A DNA stretch of 64,000 nt from a virus. Both the position numbers and the translations under genes were made by a program. A model generated the notes under the pieces. That model was not told the DNA's origin. It saw only the letters and a list, made by a program, of their open reading frames with translations, and did not search any database. Below, piece by piece: positions 8,831-16,235 of the stretch. Within the stretch, counting starts at the first letter, position 1, and the number at the start of each line of letters is the position of its first letter. The stretch is from positions 1 through 64,000 of the IMG/VR virus record IMGVR_UViG_3300003690_003472, one strand, 5' to 3'.

Positions 8831-8838
8831 TACACGAT

Positions 8839-9249
8839 GGGGGTGAAACGGCTTCGACGGAATATGGAGAAAATAGCGTGCAAGGTTGTGTGAGTAACAC
8901 AGTAAAACTACTTAAATTTATAAATGCCAACGATAATGTTGAATTTGATTACGCCTTAGCTGCATAATCTGAAGTTACTAACGCTTTATTAAAGAAGTTA
9001 GTTCGGTAGTGCATACGATATCATGTATTAGTTTTTAAGGGTTCAAATAACCTAGTTTGTGTGAAGTTCATGCAGGCGTTTTGATTATATAAGGACTATA
9101 TAACTTTGGTAACCAACGCCTTAAGTTGGTAAATGGATTCCCCGAGTTAATCGGGTGGCTGGCACTTAGGTGGTGATGTGTCTATCCTTGTGAATGACGA
9201 TATTTTCAAAGTTTTTCGGACCCGAGTTCGACTCTCGGCACCTCCACCA
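8839..9249 (+). ncRNA. ssrA: tmRNA (transfer-messenger RNA), tag peptide (A)ANDNVEFDYALAA
   Basis: The 5' GGGGGTG pairs with CACCTCC (9239-9245) and includes G3:U70. Discriminator A plus encoded CCA. T-arm CCGAG-TTCGACT-CTCGG. Tag ORF at 8926-8967 ending in ALAA*. Confidence 0.95.
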
Positions 9250-9273
9250 CATTAATAAACTAGGAGAAATTAA

Positions 9274-9546
9274 ATGGTAAAAGAGAATAAAGTGTGGAAA
9301 ATTGCGGGCACTTTTAAAACCTATAAAGATGCAGATAACCATAGAAAATCATTAATAATGATGGAAAAACATACCTTAGTTAAGGTCAAACGAGGCGCCA
9401 AAGAATATAGAGTTAAAGTTTGGGATCCACAACCTAAAAAAGAAGATGTAAAAAGCTCTAAATCTAAACTATCTAAAGGTAAAAACAATAAAAGGCTTCG
9501 AAAAAATGAAAACAAGAAGATACGCAATCGACCAAAACAATCATAA
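9274..9546 (+). CDS. Small basic hypothetical protein with a Lys/Arg-rich C-terminal tail
   Basis: 90 aa, SD AGGAGA, begins 24 nt after the tmRNA CCA. Confidence 0.7.
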   Translation: MVKENKVWKIAGTFKTYKDADNHRKSLIMMEKHTLVKVKRGAKEYRVKVWDPQPKKEDVKSSKSKLSKGKNNKRLRKNENKKIRNRPKQS

Positions 9547-9718
9547 ACTTTTTATTGGAAGCAAAGTAAAATACAAAAAAGATATTTTTCTTATTGAAGA
9601 CATAGATTATTTATCATGGAGCATCAATCAGTATTTAACCTTAGTGTCTCTTAAAAATAAAAATAAAAAATTGGAATTTATTTCCTCCAAAGACGTGAGG
9701 GCTGTCAACATAATATGA
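9506..9718 (+). CDS. Hypothetical protein (70 aa)
   Basis: Fills the gap and overlaps the next start (ATGA coupling). Confidence 0.55.
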   Translation: MKTRRYAIDQNNHKLFIGSKVKYKKDIFLIEDIDYLSWSINQYLTLVSLKNKNKKLEFISSKDVRAVNII

Positions 9719-10779
9719 AAAAAAGTATTTTAATTATAGGTACAGGAACAATCGGAGAACCTTTAATTGGTCTCTTATCCGATTTTAAGGATAAGTTGGA
9801 TATTAATGTATATTTCCACAAACGTACCCCTTTAATTGACGAAGTTGCTAAAGTTAATAGTTTAATTAGTCGCGGTGCAGGTTTGGTTGTTGATCCAGAA
9901 AAGGTTGAAGCTTTCCAAAATCTAGGCCACGAGCCGGTTTTGAATTATGAAGCAGCTTTAAAATTATGTGATGTTGTTATTGATTGTACTCCCGCAGGAA
10001 ACGCAGCAAAAGAAGCACACTATATGCCTATTTTTAAAAAAAATAAGAAAAAGCTTTTTATAGCGCAGGGAAGCGAAAAAGACTTTGGTATGCCATATGC
10101 ACATGGTATCAACGATGATGCACTAATAAAGTCTACACCAAATTTTGTACAAGTTGTTAGTTGCAACACGCACAATATTGCCTCTTTGATAAAAACAATT
10201 TGTCCCACCATAACAGATCTTCATTATGGAGACTTCACATGTATTCGGCGCGCCAATGATATCAGCCAAAATGGAAGCTTCATTGCTTCACCAGAAGTAG
10301 GAATACACAAGAATAGGTCTTTTGGTACTCATCATGCAAAAGATGCATATGATTTATTTGCTACAATGTATCAGCATCCAAATCTTTTTTCTAGTGCACT
10401 TAAAATTAATACTCAATATATGCACACTATTAGGTTTAGTATACATATTAGAAAATATGCAACTGAGGAAGACATCATTAACAAACTTAAAGAAAATAAA
10501 TTTATTGCAATAACACACAAAAATCTTGCAAATAAAGTTTTTTCATTTGGCCGTGACCATGGCTATTATGGTAGAATTTTTAATCACACAGTAGTTTCCT
10601 TGCCAACCCTTCATGTTGGAAGAAACAATGGTAAAACAGTGGTGAGTGGATTTTGTTTTACGCCTCAAGATGGTAATTCTTTATTAAGCAGCGTCGCAGT
10701 TGCTCTTTATGGTATATATGGAAAAGAGTATGCCTCGAAAATAAAAATATTTGATAACTATTTATTTTCAGAGGTATAA
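9715..10779 (+). CDS. gap: Glyceraldehyde-3-phosphate dehydrogenase, archaeal-type (type II)
   Basis: IIGTGTIG dinucleotide fold, VIDCTP, QGSEK, catalytic VVSCNT, RRAND, HHAKD and QYMH follow the motif order of archaeal GAPDH. Confidence 0.8.
   Translation: MKKSILIIGTGTIGEPLIGLLSDFKDKLDINVYFHKRTPLIDEVAKVNSLISRGAGLVVDPEKVEAFQNLGHEPVLNYEAALKLCDVVIDCTPAGNAAKEAHYMPIFKKNKKKLFIAQGSEKDFGMPYAHGINDDALIKSTPNFVQVVSCNTHNIASLIKTICPTITDLHYGDFTCIRRANDISQNGSFIASPEVGIHKNRSFGTHHAKDAYDLFATMYQHPNLFSSALKINTQYMHTIRFSIHIRKYATEEDIINKLKENKFIAITHKNLANKVFSFGRDHGYYGRIFNHTVVSLPTLHVGRNNGKTVVSGFCFTPQDGNSLLSSVAVALYGIYGKEYASKIKIFDNYLFSEV
10757..10765 (+). promoter_or_regulatory. Putative late promoter ACTATTTAT
   Basis: Exact motif 17 nt before ATG 10783. 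SD GAGGT at 10771-10775. Confidence 0.5.
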
Positions 10780-10782
10780 AAC

Positions 10783-11109
10783 ATGAAATACCATCACAGC
10801 TATGTTTGTGATCCAAATAATATAACAATTACAGCCGAAAGTATACCCACCAACAGCAAAGGCATTAAAGTAACATTTCTTTTAAATAATAAGGAAGTAT
10901 TTCATATGTCTCATACTTTAAAAACATATGCACCCATAGATGATGATGTACATGAACATGTAGCTAGATGTTGTAATTTTATAAAAGGAACTTCTGAAGA
11001 TTATATACAAGATAGATTTGATGAAGATGAAATCATGGGTGCTTTAAATATACATAGATTTTTAAAAATAGTACGTACACGTTCTGGAAAAACGGTGTGG
11101 AGAATATAA
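10783..11109 (+). CDS. Hypothetical protein (108 aa)
   Basis: ORF with SD and upstream motif. No recognisable domain. Confidence 0.65.
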   Translation: MKYHHSYVCDPNNITITAESIPTNSKGIKVTFLLNNKEVFHMSHTLKTYAPIDDDVHEHVARCCNFIKGTSEDYIQDRFDEDEIMGALNIHRFLKIVRTRSGKTVWRI

Positions 11110-11110
11110 T

Positions 11111-11848
11111 TTAATTATATTTGGCTATATTCTCTTTAATAAATGTTTTAATAGATTCATATTTAGGGCCTATAGAAACTTGTCGGAATCTGATATGTAA
11201 AGAGTGAATAAGACCAACTATTTCAAAACTTTCATTTAAAACCATTGATCCTGAAGAACCGGGCGCAGCCGGAATTGAATATATGGCACTATCATATTTA
11301 GTAATTCCATTATATCTACCTTCCATTATTGGTACCATTTGAACATGAAATATTCCAACCGGCGCAGCAATATTATAAAGTTTATCACCAGGCCTAGGGG
11401 CCACGTTTGAAACCTTTACGTAATTTTTATATAAGCCTTTTGATGTTAACATACAAATATCGTTTTTAATATCTTTTGCAACAACACGAGCCTTGTAATC
11501 ACTCCCATCGAGATCTGTTAACATAATTTCTATATTCATACCTGGAATATCAGAACTACATACGTGTTCCGCTGTAATAACAAGACTTCCATGTTTGTTA
11601 TTTGCCACCACAAACCCAGATCCTGTGGAATATTTTGGTCTTCCAATTTCTATGCATATCGGAATTCCGTCATCTTTAAAACAAAAGTTATAAATTTCTC
11701 TTACTGATACAAATACAAAAGATTCGCGAGGCAGCTCTGATATTGATAAAATTTTATTAATATTATTTTTATTGTTTTGTGTGCGATTATGTGTCACGGT
11801 ACATGTTGATAATAAAAGGGCCATACATATCAATAATAATTTTTTCAT
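11111..11848 (-). CDS. Secreted or lipoprotein trypsin-like serine protease (S1, Trypsin_2)
   Basis: Signal peptide MKKLLLICMALLLSTC. GSGFVV, ITAEHVC (His), NDICML (Asp) and PGSSGS (Ser). Confidence 0.85.
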   Translation of the reverse strand: MKKLLLICMALLLSTCTVTHNRTQNNKNNINKILSISELPRESFVFVSVREIYNFCFKDDGIPICIEIGRPKYSTGSGFVVANNKHGSLVITAEHVCSSDIPGMNIEIMLTDLDGSDYKARVVAKDIKNDICMLTSKGLYKNYVKVSNVAPRPGDKLYNIAAPVGIFHVQMVPIMEGRYNGITKYDSAIYSIPAAPGSSGSMVLNESFEIVGLIHSLHIRFRQVSIGPKYESIKTFIKENIAKYN

Positions 11849-12294
11849 TTATTTAAAAGCTCCAGTTTCCATTTTATATTTGTTTTCTTACCTTTTTTTT
11901 CTATGCTATATTCTGCAATAACTTTCTCTCCTATATTTTTCCAGATTGTAAGTTGTTTTTGTGGATCATCGACTGGAGAGTCTCCTGTGACAACATCAAC
12001 TATAAATTCTACAGAAGCTTTAATAAGAGAGGCATTATCTCCTTTATATTTCGTTATAACGTGTATTTTTTCATCTTCATAAATTTGATTTAACCAAACA
12101 ATTGCACGTGCAAATTTTGGAAAAAGCTTCTTTTTTATATCTGGTGTTTGAGTTAAAACTGTATCATATAAAAATCCTTTAATTGTGTTGATGTGTTCTG
12201 CTTTTAAAACTGAACAATATTTTTCACACAGCTTAACTTTTGCTTGTACAGTGGTTGGTATAAACAAAAACATTAGTAATATTACTTTTTTCAT
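11845..12294 (-). CDS. Hypothetical secreted protein
   Basis: Signal peptide MKKVILLMFLFIPTTVQA, SD AGGGG, overlaps the protease start. Confidence 0.7.
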   Translation of the reverse strand: MKKVILLMFLFIPTTVQAKVKLCEKYCSVLKAEHINTIKGFLYDTVLTQTPDIKKKLFPKFARAIVWLNQIYEDEKIHVITKYKGDNASLIKASVEFIVDVVTGDSPVDDPQKQLTIWKNIGEKVIAEYSIEKKGKKTNIKWKLELLNK

Positions 12295-12363
12295 TTTACA
12301 ATCCCCTATAATAACTATGAATGAAATAAAACAACGGTTCCTTTTAGGAATAAAATAATAAGA

Positions 12364-12372
12364 ACTATTTAT
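12364..12372 (+). promoter_or_regulatory. Putative late promoter ACTATTTAT
   Basis: Exact motif in intergenic DNA 26 nt before the PhoH ATG. Confidence 0.55.
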
Positions 12373-12398
12373 GTTTGAGGTAAGTTTTTTAGTAATTT

Positions 12399-13736
12399 AT
12401 GGCGAAAAAGACGTATATTCTAGATACCAGTGTTTATTTAACAGATGCCAGCGCGCTGGCATCTTATCAAAATAATGATATTATAATTCCTTTTAAAGTA
12501 TTAGAAGAAGTAGACAACCATAAAAAGCGCCAAGATGGAGTAGGTACAAATGCTAGAAAATTAATTCGCACCTTAGATAATCTTCGCGAAAAAGGCTCTT
12601 TATATAAAGGTGTTAGAATCAGCAAAGGTAAGGGGCTTGTATATGTTAAAACAATTAATTTTGATCCCCTTGATGCATATATACCAAGAGGAACTCTTGA
12701 CGTATCTATAGCTGATAATGAGATAATATTTACCGCACTAGAAGAAAAGAAACTAAATCCTAATAAAAAAGTTATTTTAGTATCGCGCGATATTAATATG
12801 CGTGTAAAATGTGATGCTTTGGGTCTCTTAACTGAAGACTATGTTATCAATCAAGTAATAAAAAATACAGAAAACCTTTATACCGGATTTAAAACACACC
12901 TAGTAGACGATCAAACAATAGATCAATTTTATAGTGGTGAACATATTTTTTTTGATAAAGACGAAATAAAAGTATACCCAAACCATTTTATAATGCTTGT
13001 TTCTAGTGCAAACGATAAAAAGACAGCCCTAGCACGATTCTGCGATTATTCTAAGCCCCTCAGAAGAATTAATGGTGAATATAAAAAAGGCATATGGGGT
13101 GTTAAGCCTCGCAACAAAGAACAGAGTTTTTCATTAGATCTTTTAATAGATCCAGAAATAAAAGTCGTAACGCTAGTTGGCAAAGCAGGAAGTGGCAAAA
13201 CATTATTAGCAATTGCAGCAGGTTTGTCCCAAGTGGTTGAAAGCGACAAGGTAACAAAATATAAAAGATTAATTGTATCACGCCCAATTCAACCACTAGG
13301 AAAGGATATTGGTTATTTACCGGGGACACTGGAAGAAAAAATGACTCCTTGGTTAGCTCCAATTCAAGATAATTTACGTTATTTAATGGGAAACGACAAA
13401 GAAACATTAAGAATGTATACACAACAAGGTACAATAGAAATTGAAGCTTTGACATATATAAGAGGTAGATCAATTGCCAATTCATTTATCATTATTGATG
13501 AGGCACAAAACTTGACAGCACATGAGTTAAAAACAATTATTACAAGAGTTGGAGAAGGCACAAAAGTTATATTAACTGGCGACATTGATCAAATTGATAA
13601 TGCCTATGTTGATGAAACTTCAAATGGCTTAGCATATGCTGTTGAAAAATTTAAAAATTATGATTTGTCCGGACACGTAACATTAATAAAGGGCGAAAGG
13701 TCAAAGGTTGCAACGTTAGCTTCAAAAATTCTTTAA
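12399..13736 (+). CDS. phoH: PIN-domain PhoH-family ATPase (PhoH2/YlaK-like)
   Basis: PIN acidic motifs LDTSV, VLEEVD, ADNEII and SRDINMR. Walker A GKAGSGKT, YIRGRS and IIDEAQN. Confidence 0.9.
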   Translation: MAKKTYILDTSVYLTDASALASYQNNDIIIPFKVLEEVDNHKKRQDGVGTNARKLIRTLDNLREKGSLYKGVRISKGKGLVYVKTINFDPLDAYIPRGTLDVSIADNEIIFTALEEKKLNPNKKVILVSRDINMRVKCDALGLLTEDYVINQVIKNTENLYTGFKTHLVDDQTIDQFYSGEHIFFDKDEIKVYPNHFIMLVSSANDKKTALARFCDYSKPLRRINGEYKKGIWGVKPRNKEQSFSLDLLIDPEIKVVTLVGKAGSGKTLLAIAAGLSQVVESDKVTKYKRLIVSRPIQPLGKDIGYLPGTLEEKMTPWLAPIQDNLRYLMGNDKETLRMYTQQGTIEIEALTYIRGRSIANSFIIIDEAQNLTAHELKTIITRVGEGTKVILTGDIDQIDNAYVDETSNGLAYAVEKFKNYDLSGHVTLIKGERSKVATLASKIL

Positions 13737-13741
13737 TATAC

Positions 13742-13770
13742 TTGACAAATGAATTATAATAATATACTAT
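13742..13770 (+). promoter_or_regulatory. Sigma70-type promoter TTGACA-N17-TACTAT
   Basis: TTGACA at 13742-13747 and TACTAT at 13765-13770. SD AAGGAG at 13775-13780 before ATG 13789. Confidence 0.7.
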
Positions 13771-13788
13771 TATAAAGGAGAAATTATT

Positions 13789-14184
13789 ATGAAATTAAAA
13801 AATGTACTTAAATCTATACAAAATAATGGCCCACGAGTTGCCGTGGGGCTTGTATTTTTTGTTTTTGGTTTAAACGGTTTTTTAAACTTTTTTACACCAC
13901 CGGCTCCAGACGCTGCAGCTAATGGTTTTTTAACAGGCTTAGCGTCGGCGGCATATTTTTTTCCTCTTCTAAAGGCTGTAGAGGTTACTTGTGGTGCGCT
14001 TTTGTTATGGGGAAGGTATACAGCTCTAGCTTTGACTTTGTTAGCTCCAGTAGTTGTTAATATTGTAGCTTTTCATGCGTTTTTAGATCCGAGTGGTTTA
14101 GTTCTCGCCGCTGTGGTTGCTTTGTTATATGTTCATCTCGTGTGGCAAAATCGCCAAACACTTTCAATACTAGTGGAGAAATAA
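13789..14184 (+). CDS. DoxX-family membrane protein
   Basis: Four hydrophobic segments. GLVFFVFGLNGFLNF, LKAVEVTCGALLLWGR and LAPVVVNIVAFHAFL are typical of bacterial DoxX proteins. Confidence 0.75.
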   Translation: MKLKNVLKSIQNNGPRVAVGLVFFVFGLNGFLNFFTPPAPDAAANGFLTGLASAAYFFPLLKAVEVTCGALLLWGRYTALALTLLAPVVVNIVAFHAFLDPSGLVLAAVVALLYVHLVWQNRQTLSILVEK

Positions 14185-14185
14185 A

Positions 14186-14452
14186 ATGGATAATTCATAC
14201 GAAAACCCAGATTTGCTTAAGCCAGTAGAGAAGTCAAATGAATTAAAAGAATGGCTCGTTGATTATGTGGGCAAAAAAATTAAGCCAGATAACAATGAAG
14301 TTAATGTAGAAATGATTATTAAAATTTTAGCAGAGGAATTTCCAGAATTTCTTTTGGTTGTTGCCGAAGAAAATTTTATTCGTGGATATCAACAGGGCCT
14401 ATCAGATGTTGAAGAAGGTCAGAGGTTAGCAGAGAAAGGACAAACTTTATAA
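14186..14452 (+). CDS. Hypothetical protein (88 aa)
   Basis: SD GGAG, tightly coupled to neighbours. Confidence 0.7.
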   Translation: MDNSYENPDLLKPVEKSNELKEWLVDYVGKKIKPDNNEVNVEMIIKILAEEFPEFLLVVAEENFIRGYQQGLSDVEEGQRLAEKGQTL

Positions 14453-15138
14453 TGATTACGCGTGAAGCTATTTCTGAAAGGGCAAAAGACGCTAAAAAAA
14501 ATGGACGTGAACATTATTTTTATGGAAACAAACTAGTTTATTTGAAAGATCAACTTCCCTTTGAGTTTGATTTAAAATATGTCTTAAATACAATAGAAAC
14601 TTTAATACCAAATAATTTAGTTCAAAATGTCGATGTTGTTTATGTTGGAAAATTTAAAGCATTAGACAACGGAGATACACCATTTAATGCAAAATATAAA
14701 GATGGTGCAATATATGTTACGAATGATCAAGACAGCGAAAACGATATGTTAGATGATGTTATACATGAAATTGCACACGCCGTAGAAGAAAGATACGGCG
14801 ATCAAATATATTCAGATATGGAACTTGAAAATGAATTTAAAGGAAAGCGAACGCGCCTTTATCATATTTTAGAACAAGAGGGTTACGAACCGTCAATAAA
14901 ACATTTAAATGATGTTGAATATGATAAAAATTTTGACTATTACTTATATAATATTATAGGATATCCAATGCTTACTTCTTTAACAAGTGGATTATTTTAT
15001 TCTCCATATGAAATTACGAGTTTGGGTGAATATTTTTCTAATGGATTTGAGAATTATTTTTTAAGAGATCGTGAATATTTAAAAAAAATTAGTCCTATAT
15101 TATATAATAAAATAACTGATATATTGGAAGAACAATAG
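14452..15138 (+). CDS. Zincin-like (HExxH) protein
   Basis: VIHEIAHAVEE plus downstream GEYFSNGFE. Confidence 0.6.
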   Translation: MITREAISERAKDAKKNGREHYFYGNKLVYLKDQLPFEFDLKYVLNTIETLIPNNLVQNVDVVYVGKFKALDNGDTPFNAKYKDGAIYVTNDQDSENDMLDDVIHEIAHAVEERYGDQIYSDMELENEFKGKRTRLYHILEQEGYEPSIKHLNDVEYDKNFDYYLYNIIGYPMLTSLTSGLFYSPYEITSLGEYFSNGFENYFLRDREYLKKISPILYNKITDILEEQ

Positions 15139-15150
15139 GAGAAAAAAACA

Positions 15151-15444
15151 ATGAATATTAACTTTGTCGACAAAGACACAGTAAAGATAAATCATTCTTT
15201 ACCTTTTTCGGGCGGAAGGCCAAAAGATAAAATTGTATTACACGACCACGAGATACTTGCTGAATTTAACAAAAAGCATCCATCATATGATATTTTGAGT
15301 TTTGATGGCCCAAGAAATATAACAAATTTTCATAGCCATGAAGCATCGAGCGGCGTATGGACCTTAAGCGTTGAAAAAAAGTTTAAATCAACTAAAGCGC
15401 CCGCAAAGAACAAAAAAAACTATAAAAAAGTACAAGGTGATTAA
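15151..15444 (+). CDS. Hypothetical protein (97 aa)
   Basis: SD AGGAG, TAATG overlap with the next gene. Confidence 0.7.
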   Translation: MNINFVDKDTVKINHSLPFSGGRPKDKIVLHDHEILAEFNKKHPSYDILSFDGPRNITNFHSHEASSGVWTLSVEKKFKSTKAPAKNKKNYKKVQGD

Positions 15445-16220
15445 TGTCACACATATCTTTTTCTGAATTGAAATTATGGAATGAATGTCCCTATAAACAC
15501 AAGCTAGTTTATTTGGATAAGATTGATTCTTTTAAGGGAAATGAACATACTGCTTTTGGGAGTGCTGTTCACTCTGTTTGTGAAAAACTAGTGGGCGAGA
15601 ATATTCAAAAAGCTGCTGAATATTTTCAGGAACAATTTTTAAAAGAACTTAAAGAATTGCCAGAAGCCTATGATCTAAATAAAAAATTAATTTCTGATAT
15701 GCGTATACAAGGTTGTATGTTAACTAAGCATATATTACCAGGACTAAAAGAGCACTTTGGAGATTATAAGCTAATTTCAATTGAAGAAAGGCTTTTTGAA
15801 TCTATTCCAGATTATGAAAATTATAATTTTAAAGGCTTTGTTGATTTGGTAATACAAACACCTGATCAAATATATCACGTCATTGATTGGAAAACGTGTT
15901 CTTGGGGCTGGGATACACGAAGAAAAAGTGAAAAAATGACAACGTACCAGCTTACTTTGTATAAGCACTTCTTTAGTTTAAAGCACAGCATTGATCCTAG
16001 TAATATGAAGACACACTTTGCCCTCCTTAAAAGAACAGCAAAAACAAACAACGTTGAAATCTTTGAAACGACGAGTGGAAATAAAAAGACCCAGAATGCC
16101 CTTAAATTATTGAATAAGGCAATATATAATTTAAAAAATAAAAATTTCATTAAAAATCGTATGTCGTGTCAAGGAAGGTTTGGTCCTTGTGAATTTTTTA
16201 ATACGAAACATTGTACATAA
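15444..16220 (+). CDS. PD-(D/E)XK nuclease, Cas4/AddB-like with putative Fe-S cysteines
   Basis: ISFSEL..WNECP, H.AFGSAVH, GFVDLV, VIDWKT, QL.LY and C-terminal C...C.......C. Confidence 0.85.
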   Translation: MSHISFSELKLWNECPYKHKLVYLDKIDSFKGNEHTAFGSAVHSVCEKLVGENIQKAAEYFQEQFLKELKELPEAYDLNKKLISDMRIQGCMLTKHILPGLKEHFGDYKLISIEERLFESIPDYENYNFKGFVDLVIQTPDQIYHVIDWKTCSWGWDTRRKSEKMTTYQLTLYKHFFSLKHSIDPSNMKTHFALLKRTAKTNNVEIFETTSGNKKTQNALKLLNKAIYNLKNKNFIKNRMSCQGRFGPCEFFNTKHCT

Positions 16221-16235
16221 TTATAGGAAACAAAC

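Noticed and set aside
9205-9249. A separate tRNA gene (T-arm plus CCA)
   Set aside because: It is the 3' half of the tmRNA and pairs with 8839-8845. No anticodon arm. No other tRNA seen in the window.
15444-16220. CRISPR-Cas system implied by the Cas4-like nuclease
   Set aside because: No repeat-spacer array and no cas1/cas2 or effector genes seen in the window.
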